From positions 1 through 64,000 of IMG/VR virus record IMGVR_UViG_3300032313_000664: a DNA stretch of 64,000 nt; one strand, 5' to 3'. A program made the translations under genes and the position numbers. This DNA comes from a virus. Of this stretch, positions 6,430 through 16,162 are shown one piece after another (positions within the stretch are counted from its first letter, which is position 1; the number at the start of each line of letters is the position of its first letter). The notes under the pieces are model-generated. The model worked only from the letters and a program-made list of their open reading frames with translations. It ran no database searches and was not told where the DNA came from.

Positions 6430-8364
6430 ATGTCTAAGACTATTGCAAACCCATACGAAAATTTTATTGCGTTATCTCGATATGCAAGATGGATATCAGA
6501 AGATAATCGTCGTGAGACATGGGGAGAAACAGTAGATAGATATTTTAACTTCATGCTTGGTCATTTAGAAAAAAACCATAATTATATTCCAAATGAGAAG
6601 CTTGTTGCGGAATTAAAAGAGTTTGTCTTTGAACGAAATGTCATGCCATCAATGCGTTCTGTTATGACTTCAGGAGCAGCATTGGAAAGAGACAATGTAG
6701 CTGGATATAACTGTGCTTTCTTACCAGTTGATTCCCCACGTTCATTTGATGAGACAATGTATATCCTTATGTGCGGTACAGGTGTAGGATTCTCCGTTGA
6801 GTATAAGTACATCAATAAGCTTCCTGCCGTCCCAGAAACTTTAGAGAAGTCAACTACAGTAATTACAGTAGAAGATTCAAAGCAAGGTTGGGCTAAGGCA
6901 TACCGTGAGTTGCTAGCACTACTTTGGTCTGGACAAATTCCAGCAATTGATGTTTCTAAAGTGAGACCAGCAGGAGCAAGACTTAAGACAATGGGTGGAA
7001 GATCTTCAGGCCCACAGCCACTTATTAACTTGTTTGATTTTACAATTGCAAAGTTTAAGAATGCTACAGGAAGAAACCTAAAGCCAATCGAATGCCACGA
7101 CATTATGTGCAAGATTGGTGAAGTAGTTGTTGTAGGAGGAGTTCGTCGTTCAGCAATGATTTCTCTTTCTAATATTAATGATATTGAAATGGCACAGGCA
7201 AAGTCAGGTAACTGGTGGGAAGCAAGCCCACAACGTGCCTTGTCTAATAACTCTGTTGCGTATTCACGCAAGCCAGAGATGGAGCAGTTTATTGCAGAAT
7301 GGAAATCTCTATATGATTCAAAATCAGGAGAACGAGGCATATACAATGTGGCCGCAGCTCAAGCCCAAGCAGCCAAGTATGGAAGAAGAGATCCAGATAT
7401 ACACTATGGAACTAACCCGTGTTCAGAGATTATTCTACGTCCTTACCAGTTTTGTAATCTTTCAGAAGTCGTACTACGTGAAAATGATACAAAGAAAGAT
7501 ATTGAACGCAAAGTAGAACTAGCAACTATTCTTGGAACCTGGCAGTCTACTCTTACAGACTTTAAGTATCTACGTAAAATTTGGAAAGATAACACAGAAG
7601 AGGAACGCCTGCTAGGAGTTTCTTTGACTGGACAGTTTGGGCATAAGTTTATGTCAGGCAAACAAGATTTGGTTGCGCTAGAGTCATTTTTGATGACTCT
7701 TAGAGAAGCAGCAAGAGCAAAGAATAAAGAAGAGGCTGGGAGAATTGGGATTCCTGAGTCTGCCGCTATTACTTGTGTAAAGCCTTCTGGAACAGTATCT
7801 CAATTGGTCGGGGTATCTTCAGGAATGCATGCTTGGCATTCTCCATATTATATTAGAACTGTTCGTGGTTCAAAGGGAGATCCAATTTCTACCTTCCTTA
7901 AAGAGGTGGGGATTCCAGTAGAAGATGATGTAATGAAGCCAAACGATACATACGTATTTTCATTCCCAGTAAAGGCACCAGAAGGTGCAATTGTCAGAAA
8001 TGATCTAACAGCTACTGAGCACCTTAATATTTGGTTGGTTTACCAACGTGCATGGTGTGAGCATAAGCCTTCAATTACAGTTTCTGTAAAAGAAGATGAA
8101 TGGATGGAAGTTGGAGCTTGGGTATATAAGCATTTTGACGAGGTGTCTGGAATTTCATTCTTGCCACACTCAGATCACTCATACAAGCAGGCTCCTTATC
8201 AAGAAGTAGATAAGGCTGAATATGATGCACTTGTTGCAAAGATGCCTAAAGAAATTCGTTGGGAAGATTTGTCATTCTATGAAACAGAAGACGGCACATC
8301 TACTAATGCTACCCTTGCCTGCAGTTCAGACGGAAATTGTGAGCTAGTAGACATTTCTGCCTAA
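6430..8364 (+). CDS. nrdJ: class II (adenosylcobalamin-dependent) ribonucleotide reductase
   Basis: YNCAF, GGVRRSAMI, TNPCSEI, CNLSE, TCVKPSGT, C-terminal C..C; monomeric RTPR-like. Confidence 0.93.
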   Translation: MSKTIANPYENFIALSRYARWISEDNRRETWGETVDRYFNFMLGHLEKNHNYIPNEKLVAELKEFVFERNVMPSMRSVMTSGAALERDNVAGYNCAFLPVDSPRSFDETMYILMCGTGVGFSVEYKYINKLPAVPETLEKSTTVITVEDSKQGWAKAYRELLALLWSGQIPAIDVSKVRPAGARLKTMGGRSSGPQPLINLFDFTIAKFKNATGRNLKPIECHDIMCKIGEVVVVGGVRRSAMISLSNINDIEMAQAKSGNWWEASPQRALSNNSVAYSRKPEMEQFIAEWKSLYDSKSGERGIYNVAAAQAQAAKYGRRDPDIHYGTNPCSEIILRPYQFCNLSEVVLRENDTKKDIERKVELATILGTWQSTLTDFKYLRKIWKDNTEEERLLGVSLTGQFGHKFMSGKQDLVALESFLMTLREAARAKNKEEAGRIGIPESAAITCVKPSGTVSQLVGVSSGMHAWHSPYYIRTVRGSKGDPISTFLKEVGIPVEDDVMKPNDTYVFSFPVKAPEGAIVRNDLTATEHLNIWLVYQRAWCEHKPSITVSVKEDEWMEVGAWVYKHFDEVSGISFLPHSDHSYKQAPYQEVDKAEYDALVAKMPKEIRWEDLSFYETEDGTSTNATLACSSDGNCELVDISA

Positions 8365-8435
8365 TGTGGTAGAATTATAGTATTGGGGATATTCCCCAAA
8401 ATTCTGGGCACCCCGCCCAAAATGGAGATGATAAT

Positions 8436-8672
8436 ATGGCTAAATTCGATAAAGCGGATTTAAACAAAGATGGAAAGGTAACAATGACAGAACAAATTTT
8501 AGCAGCGCTTGGAACATATGCTCGTGCATTTCTTTCAGCAGCAATTGCTCTATATATGACTGGCAATACAAATCCAAGAGACCTTCTTCTAGGTGGCGTA
8601 GCAGCTGTTGCACCAGTAATCCTTAAGGCTCTAAGCCCAAGCAACAAGGAATTTGGATTCGTAGCAAAGTAA
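8436..8672 (+). CDS. holin-like 2-TM protein with N-terminal EF-hand-like loop
   Basis: two hydrophobic segments, C-terminal LSPxxxxFG; DLNKDGKVTMTE loop. Confidence 0.6.
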   Translation: MAKFDKADLNKDGKVTMTEQILAALGTYARAFLSAAIALYMTGNTNPRDLLLGGVAAVAPVILKALSPSNKEFGFVAK

Positions 8673-8688
8673 AAATTTAATATCGAAT

Positions 8689-8734
8689 TAGGGACTCTCC
8701 TGTGCTAAAATAAGTACAGGAGTTTTCCTATTTT
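8689..8734 (+). terminator. hairpin terminator with overlapping extended -10 (TGCTAAAAT)
   Basis: TAGGGA..CTCCTGTGCT/AGTACAGGAG..TTCCTA followed by T-run. Confidence 0.55.
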
Positions 8735-8743
8735 AGGAGAGAT

Positions 8744-9091
8744 ATGTCAGCGCAGAAAAATTTTGAAATTGACCAAAACACTACATTTTCATTTATTGTC
8801 GAGTACAAAGACAATGCTGGACTTCCAATTGCGCTAACCTCAGCATCTGCAAAAATGCAGGTTAGGGATACAAAAGGCGGATCTAAATTAGCATTTACAT
8901 TATCATCACCAACAAGCGGAATTGTTATAGATCAGCCAGCAGGCAAATTGACAGTAACAATGTCTCAAGCACAAACGAATAGTCTTTTTTATCCAAAATC
9001 TTCTTACGACATAATGGTCACAGATTCAAATGGAAATAGAACAAAGCTTCTTGAAGGATACATCACATTAAGTAGGTCGGTGACAATATGA
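8744..9091 (+). CDS. BppU/Ig-like virion structural protein
   Basis: IDQNTTF, MQVR, YDI..LLEG pattern typical of phage structural genes. Confidence 0.6.
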   Translation: MSAQKNFEIDQNTTFSFIVEYKDNAGLPIALTSASAKMQVRDTKGGSKLAFTLSSPTSGIVIDQPAGKLTVTMSQAQTNSLFYPKSSYDIMVTDSNGNRTKLLEGYITLSRSVTI

Positions 9092-9531
9092 GCAACGAAA
9101 GAGTAATAGTAACTGAAATTAAAAATGATGTAGTAATCTCTACATCTGGCCCCCAAGGCCCAAGAGGAAAAACAATCCTCAATGGAACAGGAGCCCCATC
9201 AAATGAAATTGGCCTAGAAGGCGATTTCTATTATGACAAAAACACCACTAGATTTTATGGTCCAAAGCTAAACAGTTTAACATGGGAAGGCTCAGCAAAT
9301 TACTTGCTAAGCACAATGACTCTGACCTACCCATGGATGCTAAATCAAGTAACAGGACCCGTAAATGGGGTTTATTCACTTCAAATAACTCACAACTTAG
9401 GATATAATCCAAACGTAACTATTAAAAATAGCGCAGGCGACTTATTAGAAACGGGAATAGACTATAATAGTATTAACCAGATAACACTGACAATGGCACA
9501 ACCATTTTCAGGGACAGCGTACCTGTCCTAA
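9088..9531 (+). CDS. virion fibre-associated protein
   Basis: GPQGPRG, GDFYYD, HNLGYNP motifs. Confidence 0.6.
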   Translation: MSNERVIVTEIKNDVVISTSGPQGPRGKTILNGTGAPSNEIGLEGDFYYDKNTTRFYGPKLNSLTWEGSANYLLSTMTLTYPWMLNQVTGPVNGVYSLQITHNLGYNPNVTIKNSAGDLLETGIDYNSINQITLTMAQPFSGTAYLS

Positions 9532-9544
9532 AGGAGAATAAAAA

Positions 9545-10933
9545 ATGGCAAGATTATTTGTAACCAACATTGACCTCAACAAGAATGAGCTGCTCAATGC
9601 ACGAATCCAGAATTTAAGTTCAGCACCATCAAATCCAGTATCGGGTCAAATTTACTATGACTCAACCAGTAATACAATGTATTACTATAACGGCCTTCCT
9701 TCTCCAAATGGCCCATGGATGCCGATGTCTGGATCTACAGAGGTCATTCAAGATGTAATTGGTTCAGCAATCGTAGGTGGCGTAGGTTTAACATCAACAT
9801 ATAACGACACTGCAGGCACAACAACAATTGATTTAGATAACACCGCAGTAACTGCTGGCTCATACGGATCCACAACAAAGATCCCAACATTTACAGTAGA
9901 TGCACAAGGTCGTTTAACTGCTGCAAGCGAAGCAGACGTAGCAACAAACCTTTCAATAGCAGGAGACACTGGAACAGATACAGTTAACCTATTAACTGAC
10001 ACACTAACTGTTGCTGGTGGAGAAGGAATTGACGTAGCTGTAACAAATAATACAGTTACAGTATCAGCAGAAGATGCAACTTCAACTAATAAGGGTGTAG
10101 CAAGCTTTGACGCAACAGACTTTACAGTAACATCAGGCGCAGTAACAATAAATGCTGAGCGTGTACAAGATATTGTATCTTCACAAATTGTTGCAGGCGA
10201 AGGCATTGATGTAACATACGATGATGCAGCAGGAACTCTAACAGTAGATGCAGAAATTGCAACAACTACAAATCGTGGTGTCGCTTCTTTTGCTACAGCA
10301 GATTTTACCGTAACAGACGGTGCAGTAAGTGTTAAGAATGTAAACCTTGGAACACAAACAACAGGAGATTATGTTGCTAATATTCAAGGTACAGCAAATG
10401 AAATAACAGTAAGCCCTACAACAGGAGAAGGCACAACAGTAACAATTGGTCTTCCAGATGATGTAAGCATTACTAACAACTTAACAGTAGGCGGAAACCT
10501 AAATGTAACTGGAACAATTAACTCAGTAAATACTACACAGGTAAACATAGTTGATAATAAAATTAATCTTAATACTGACTTTACAGGAGCACCCACAGCA
10601 GACGCTGGTATCCGTGTAGAGCGTGGCACAGGAGCAGATGTAGAAGTTCTGTGGAATGAAGCGGATGATCGCTGGACACTTACAAATAATGGTACAAATT
10701 ACCACGCAATTGCAAGAAAATATGCAGCAGACCTTCCAAATCCAGACACAGCAACATCCTTAGTAGTTACACATAATTTAGGAACAGATGATGTAACCGT
10801 TAATGTTTTTGAAACAGCAGGATCAAAAGCCTTGGTTGAAACAGACGTAGAGCGCACATCAGCAAATACAATTACATTAAGATTTGCAACAGCACCAGCA
10901 AGTGGAGCATACAGAGTCGTAATTACTGGTTAA
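9545..10933 (+). CDS. tail fibre / virion fibre protein
   Basis: Thr/Ala/Gly-rich beta repeats (GVASF x2), C-terminal HNLG domain. Confidence 0.7.
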   Translation: MARLFVTNIDLNKNELLNARIQNLSSAPSNPVSGQIYYDSTSNTMYYYNGLPSPNGPWMPMSGSTEVIQDVIGSAIVGGVGLTSTYNDTAGTTTIDLDNTAVTAGSYGSTTKIPTFTVDAQGRLTAASEADVATNLSIAGDTGTDTVNLLTDTLTVAGGEGIDVAVTNNTVTVSAEDATSTNKGVASFDATDFTVTSGAVTINAERVQDIVSSQIVAGEGIDVTYDDAAGTLTVDAEIATTTNRGVASFATADFTVTDGAVSVKNVNLGTQTTGDYVANIQGTANEITVSPTTGEGTTVTIGLPDDVSITNNLTVGGNLNVTGTINSVNTTQVNIVDNKINLNTDFTGAPTADAGIRVERGTGADVEVLWNEADDRWTLTNNGTNYHAIARKYAADLPNPDTATSLVVTHNLGTDDVTVNVFETAGSKALVETDVERTSANTITLRFATAPASGAYRVVITG

Positions 10934-10943
10934 GGAGATTTAA

Positions 10944-11249
10944 ATGTCTGTAAAAAGATTAGTTCCCCTTAATGCCGCAGAATTATCCGCAAACCCAGCA
11001 TCTGGCAGACCTGGCGACATATACTATAATACAGCAGCACAAGAATTACGTGTCTATACAGGAGTAGAGTGGATTGCTGTAGGATCAGCTTCTGAAACAT
11101 ATATATTAGAAAATCACATTCATACATATGATGGAGATATTCATACTGTATACGCAGGCGCATACAACCCAACCTTAACAATATTTGACGGTGGAACTTC
11201 ACAATCTCAATATGATGAAACTAAAGACATTGATGCAGGTTCATTATGA
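10944..11249 (+). CDS. small fibre adaptor protein
   Basis: GDIYYN..W motif, DGG/DAG C-terminus. Confidence 0.55.
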   Translation: MSVKRLVPLNAAELSANPASGRPGDIYYNTAAQELRVYTGVEWIAVGSASETYILENHIHTYDGDIHTVYAGAYNPTLTIFDGGTSQSQYDETKDIDAGSL

Positions 11250-12679
11250 CATATAGCTCAGTAAAACATAAAAGAGGAACATCTGCACAATGGGATGCCG
11301 CCACATATGTATTAAAAGATGGCGAAATTGGAATTGATAAAACTTTAAATAAAATTAAAGTTGGAAATGGCTCAGCTTTATGGGCAGCACTTCCTTTTAT
11401 AAATGTTTTGCCTAGCGAATTAACTGAACTTGCTCAAGATGCTGTAGAGTTAGCAATTACTGCTGGCACTGGAATAACAAAAACTTATAACGATACCGCA
11501 AATACAATTACTCTTGCGATAGATAGTACAATTGCAAATAAGACCTACGTAGACACCGCAGTCTCTGGATTAAGCAGTACATCCGCAACAACTTATATCC
11601 CATTAAGTTTATTGGGACAGGTTGATGGAGTAGCAGAACTAGACTCAGATGGTTTTGTTCCAGAGTCACAAATACCTGCTTCAATTGCAAGAGATACAGA
11701 AATCTCATCAGCTATAAGCGCCGAAGTAACAAATAGAAATACCGCAATTAGCACAGCAATATCAAATCTTGTTGATACAGCACCTGACGCTTTAAACACA
11801 TTAAATGAACTAGCAGCTGCAATAAATGACGATGCCTCATTTGCTTCAACAATTACTACAGCACTGGGAACTAAAGAACCAGCTCTTCCTTCGCAAACTG
11901 GAAACGCTGGTAAATTTTTAACTACAGACGGAACATCTAAATCTTGGTCTACGGTTGCACAATATACATTACCTGCTCAAACATCTAATAGCGGTAAATT
12001 TTTAACTACAGATGGCACAGTAGAATCTTGGGGAACAATTCCAGTTACATCAACAGCAACTGCAACTTCAAAAGGAACAGTGTATGGATTTAGTTCTGAT
12101 ACCGATGCTGGTTCAGCAAATGTTGCATATGGCTGGAGAGCAATGGCAAATGTTACCTCTGGAATAGATAATTTAGCAATTGGATTTCAAACTTTATATG
12201 GAAATACAACTGGTATTAACAATTTAGCTATTGGCAAATATGCATTGCTATCTCCTTCTTCGGCTTCAAACAATACTGCTATTGGAATGTGGACACTTCC
12301 TAATGTTACAGCGGGATCAGCAAATATTGCAATAGGCCCATTTGTTATGTATAACACTACAATTGGAAATGACAATGTTGCTATAGGAACCAATGCTTTA
12401 AATTATACAGATGGTGATGGAAATATTGGAATTGGGTCGTCTACAGGAGATGCTTTAACAACAGGTTCTAACAATATAATTATTGGAACATATGCAGATC
12501 CATCATCACCAACCATATCTAATGAAATTACCCTTGGTAATTCAAATATTACAAAATTTAGAATACCAGGACTTGCAGTAAACTGGACAACATCAGCTTA
12601 TGGAAGAGCTACTTATGCTTCCACCTCCGCACCTTCTGGTGGTGCTGACGGGGATGTTTGGCTAGTATATACTCCGTGA
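11246..12679 (+). CDS. tail fibre with Mtd_N/hyaluronidase-like N-terminus and YadA-like NxAxG repeats
   Basis: KRGT..W..L.DGEIG..KVGNG..W..LP; LNTLNELAAAI; NLAIG/NTAIG/NIAIG repeats. Confidence 0.75.
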   Translation: MTYSSVKHKRGTSAQWDAATYVLKDGEIGIDKTLNKIKVGNGSALWAALPFINVLPSELTELAQDAVELAITAGTGITKTYNDTANTITLAIDSTIANKTYVDTAVSGLSSTSATTYIPLSLLGQVDGVAELDSDGFVPESQIPASIARDTEISSAISAEVTNRNTAISTAISNLVDTAPDALNTLNELAAAINDDASFASTITTALGTKEPALPSQTGNAGKFLTTDGTSKSWSTVAQYTLPAQTSNSGKFLTTDGTVESWGTIPVTSTATATSKGTVYGFSSDTDAGSANVAYGWRAMANVTSGIDNLAIGFQTLYGNTTGINNLAIGKYALLSPSSASNNTAIGMWTLPNVTAGSANIAIGPFVMYNTTIGNDNVAIGTNALNYTDGDGNIGIGSSTGDALTTGSNNIIIGTYADPSSPTISNEITLGNSNITKFRIPGLAVNWTTSAYGRATYASTSAPSGGADGDVWLVYTP

Positions 12680-12683
12680 TAAT

Positions 12684-13616
12684 ATGACAAAACATATAAA
12701 AGTAAATGGAGTATGGAAAAACGTTTCTTCTCAATCTGTAAAGGTTGCTGGAGTTTGGAAAAATGTTACTCAAGAGTGGATAAAGATAAACGGCGTCTGG
12801 AAACAAGCCTATCAATATCTTGCACCATCATATACACTTTATTCAACATTTACATCTAGCGGTACATTTACAATGCCTTCTGGATACTCTCAAATTGCAG
12901 TAAAAGGAATTGGTGCAGGTGGCAATGGTGCAACTGGTGCAAATTCAGATGGTGGTTCTGGAGCAACTGGTGGAAGAGGCGGCGGCGGCGGTGGCGGATT
13001 TATTTTTAAAGATTATCCAGTAAACCCTGGAACTCAGTATTCAGTTAACATTGGATCTGCTGGACAAAATACAAGTTTTGGATCTTTAGCAACAGCAACA
13101 TCTGGTTCTTCATCTGGCGGTGGTGGAGTTTCAGCAAGCATTGCTTTAGAAGCTTCTAGCGGAGGTCCAGGTGGTGGAACTGGAGGTACAGGAGGAAGTT
13201 ATAGCTATAACTATGGAACTCCATCTGGCGGACAATCAGGAAATCCTGGTTCTAGCGGAACAACTTTAACTTCTTCTGCCGCTGGCGTAGGATCAATAAC
13301 ATTAGGCGGAGGCGGTGGCGGAGGCGGTGGCGGTGCAGTTGGAAGTACAAACGGTCCTGCCTCTGGAGGACAAGGAGGAAATCCTGGCTCTGGTGCTGGT
13401 CGTGGAGGAAATGGTGGAAGTGGTGCACAACCTGGATCTGGCGGAGGAACAAGTTCTGGTTCTGTAGGATCTGGTGCAACTTCCCGTGGTTCTGGTGGCG
13501 GTGGAGGTGGTGGAGGTTCTTTATCAAGAGATTCTGGAACTGGTGGAGGAACCGCAACACAAGGCGGAGCTGGTGGAGCAGGACAACCAGGTATAATTTA
13601 TGTATATGTTAGATAG
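12684..13616 (+). CDS. glycine-rich fibre tip protein
   Basis: three KVxGVWK repeats, Gly-rich body. Confidence 0.7.
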   Translation: MTKHIKVNGVWKNVSSQSVKVAGVWKNVTQEWIKINGVWKQAYQYLAPSYTLYSTFTSSGTFTMPSGYSQIAVKGIGAGGNGATGANSDGGSGATGGRGGGGGGGFIFKDYPVNPGTQYSVNIGSAGQNTSFGSLATATSGSSSGGGGVSASIALEASSGGPGGGTGGTGGSYSYNYGTPSGGQSGNPGSSGTTLTSSAAGVGSITLGGGGGGGGGGAVGSTNGPASGGQGGNPGSGAGRGGNGGSGAQPGSGGGTSSGSVGSGATSRGSGGGGGGGGSLSRDSGTGGGTATQGGAGGAGQPGIIYVYVR

Positions 13617-13627
13617 GGGGCAAAAAA

Positions 13628-14992
13628 ATGGCAGTTAGATTACAAGTAAGAAGAGACACCTCTACTAACTGGTCAACCAATAATCCAATATTACAAGTTG
13701 GAGAATTTGGCTTTGATATAACAGTAAATAGGTTTAAGGTTGGAATTGCTTCAGGAGAATCCTCTAGATGGAATGCTTTGCCATACTTAAATGTTATTCC
13801 AAGTGAATTATCAGAGCTTGCTCAGGATGCAGTCGAAGCGTCACTCACAGCTGGCACTGGAATAACAAAAACTTATAACGATACTGCAAATACAGTTACG
13901 CTTGCAGTAGATACGACCACAATTGCCAATAAAACTTATGTTGATACTGCAGTATCAGGATTAAGCAGCACATCCGCAACAACTTATATACCCCTTAGCC
14001 TTCTTGGAAATGCTGATGGTGTTGCAGAACTTGATGAAAATGGTTTTGTTCCAGATGCTCAAATCCCAGCAGGAATAACAAGAGATACAGAATTATCTTC
14101 AGCAATTACTACAGCAATTACTAATTTAATTGATGGATCTCCTGCAGCACTAGATACTCTAAATGAGTTAGCTGCCGCAATAAATGATGATTCATCATAT
14201 GCTGCAACAATTACTACAGCTTTAGGATTTAAAGCACCTCTTGCGTCTCCAGCCTTTACAGGCACGGTTACTGGTATAGACAAGACAATGGTTGGGTTAG
14301 CAAATGTTGATAATACAACTGATGCTCTTAAGCCAATATCTACTGCAACACAAAATGCGCTAGATTTAAAATTAAATTTATCAGAACCATCAATTGACTA
14401 CTACATCACTAATTCTGGGTCTGGGTCATACCTAGTAAATGGAGTATCCAACGCATTAATTTTTTTTGAAAAAGGAAAAAAATATAGAATTCATGTTAAT
14501 GCTACAGGACACCCATTTTGGATTCAAGCCGTATCTGGAGCTTACAATTTAGCAAACGTATATTCTTCTGGAATAACAAATAACGGAGCCCAATCAGGTC
14601 ACATTTTAGTAGAACTTCCTCAAGGCGCACCAGATAATTTATACTATGCTTGTGAATATCACTCATCTATGGCGGGATCAATTTCGGTACAGAGTGATGA
14701 TACTATAACAATAAATTCTAAATCTGCAAGCTACACCATTTCACCAATAGATTCTGGAAGACTTATTGAAATGTCTGCAGGCGGAACTTTAACAATAACT
14801 GACTCTGCTTCTTTTCCAGTTGGATTTACTGTAGATGTATTGCAAACAGGAGCTTCACAAGTTACTATAGCTGGAACTTCATTTACTCCTAATGCCACCC
14901 CTGGATTAAAATTACGTACTCAGTGGAGCAGCGCTACACTTATTAAACGAGCACTTAATTCTTGGGTTGTATTGGGTGATTTGAGCGCCTAG
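13628..14992 (+). CDS. tail fibre with Mtd_N N-terminus, cupredoxin-like module and GDLS adaptor C-terminus
   Basis: paralog of 11246 N-terminus; GHPF...YYACEYHSSM. Confidence 0.75.
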   Translation: MAVRLQVRRDTSTNWSTNNPILQVGEFGFDITVNRFKVGIASGESSRWNALPYLNVIPSELSELAQDAVEASLTAGTGITKTYNDTANTVTLAVDTTTIANKTYVDTAVSGLSSTSATTYIPLSLLGNADGVAELDENGFVPDAQIPAGITRDTELSSAITTAITNLIDGSPAALDTLNELAAAINDDSSYAATITTALGFKAPLASPAFTGTVTGIDKTMVGLANVDNTTDALKPISTATQNALDLKLNLSEPSIDYYITNSGSGSYLVNGVSNALIFFEKGKKYRIHVNATGHPFWIQAVSGAYNLANVYSSGITNNGAQSGHILVELPQGAPDNLYYACEYHSSMAGSISVQSDDTITINSKSASYTISPIDSGRLIEMSAGGTLTITDSASFPVGFTVDVLQTGASQVTIAGTSFTPNATPGLKLRTQWSSATLIKRALNSWVVLGDLSA

Positions 14993-15715
14993 ATGTTACG
15001 TCGCAAAGCGGGAAAATCCAAAAAGTCTACAGTAAGAAAAAATCAAGTTCCCAACTTATCTGGACTTACAAGGTCTCAAGCTCAAGCAGCATTAACAGCA
15101 GCGGGTTTTACTTATTCAGAATCTACAGTAACAACTAACTATTCTGCAGAAAACAATAAAATTAATTCTCAATCAATTTCTTCAGGATCTCTTAAAATAC
15201 TGGGAGATACTATTCCGTTTGTATATAACTCTTATGTGCCAATAACAGTACCCAACCTATCTGGTCTTTCACGGTCTGCGGCACAATCTGCAATCACAGC
15301 AGCAGGATTAGCTTACAGCGGAGAAAGCTCAACTGCATCAGGTTCCAGCGCTGGAAATAATGGGACTGTTTCATCTCAATCACCAGCATCAGGCTCACAA
15401 GTAGATGCAGGCACTTCTGTTTCTTACATTTATTATAATTATGTTGCACCATATTATGCTCCATATTATGCGCCTCCATACTATGAACCATATTATGCAC
15501 CACCTGTTTATCACGCACCACCTGTTTATCACGCACCAGCACCATTTCATCAGGTATACCATGAGCCTCCAGCAGGACCATACTATGCACCAGCACCATA
15601 TTATCAACCAACACAAAACTGCTCAGGATTCTATCGTGAATTTGGAAACCCTAACTGTGGTGGATATGCAGCGCTATACAACAATTGTGGACAGTTCTTG
15701 GGATGCGATGATTAA
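14993..15715 (+). CDS. two-PASTA-domain protein with Pro/Tyr-rich repeats and 4-Cys C-terminus
   Basis: VPNLSGL.RS.AQ.A.TAAG twice; YYAP/VYHAPP repeats. Confidence 0.75.
   Translation: MLRRKAGKSKKSTVRKNQVPNLSGLTRSQAQAALTAAGFTYSESTVTTNYSAENNKINSQSISSGSLKILGDTIPFVYNSYVPITVPNLSGLSRSAAQSAITAAGLAYSGESSTASGSSAGNNGTVSSQSPASGSQVDAGTSVSYIYYNYVAPYYAPYYAPPYYEPYYAPPVYHAPPVYHAPAPFHQVYHEPPAGPYYAPAPYYQPTQNCSGFYREFGNPNCGGYAALYNNCGQFLGCDD
15443..15610 (+). repeat. coding tandem repeats (YYAP / VYHAPP), including perfect 18-bp unit x2 at 15497-15532
   Basis: GCACCACCTGTTTATCAC tandem. Confidence 0.85.
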
Positions 15716-15763
15716 TTCATCAACATCTAGACAAAATCTTTTTAAAGGGGTATAATATATAAT

Positions 15764-16156
15764 ATGATAAAAAACTTTTTTGCCAACCTAGACGGAGATA
15801 AGATAAACTTTTTATCTATTGAGGTAAACCCCGATGGATCAGCTATAGACCCAGCACAAGATGACAAATGCTATGTTCTTTCAAATAATCCGACTGCTTT
15901 AAATATAACTTATTTAAATTATTTTCCAGCAAGAAGAAGTATTTGGGACGGGTCATCCTTTATTGCTCCAGAGGGCCAGGAGCATAAGTTACCATGCAAT
16001 CCAATAGATCTTTGTTTAGATGGATGTGAATCTATTGCGTTTTTAGTAGATAACGTTTATTACGGAGGAATAGGGCTTTGCGTAGGCGTTGCTAACAATG
16101 ATATGCTTATTGCTATTTTAAGTAGCAATCCTGTAATAACTTTCGAAATAGAGTAG
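15764..16156 (+). CDS. hypothetical protein (possible fibre chaperone)
   Basis: ORF track; W(D)G..F..P and LSSNP motifs; upstream GGGTATAAT. Confidence 0.7.
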   Translation: MIKNFFANLDGDKINFLSIEVNPDGSAIDPAQDDKCYVLSNNPTALNITYLNYFPARRSIWDGSSFIAPEGQEHKLPCNPIDLCLDGCESIAFLVDNVYYGGIGLCVGVANNDMLIAILSSNPVITFEIE

Positions 16157-16162
16157 GTGTAA

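Noticed and set aside
6582-7661. Long antisense and alternate-frame ORFs within nrdJ
   Set aside because: Shadow ORFs from codon bias; the same applies to 9748-10206, 38000-38434, 43205-43738, 44530-45246 and similar.
11246-14992. Diversity-generating retroelement suggested by Mtd_N-like N-termini
   Set aside because: No reverse transcriptase in the window; the shared repeats are in N-terminal stalks and their differences are not adenine-specific.
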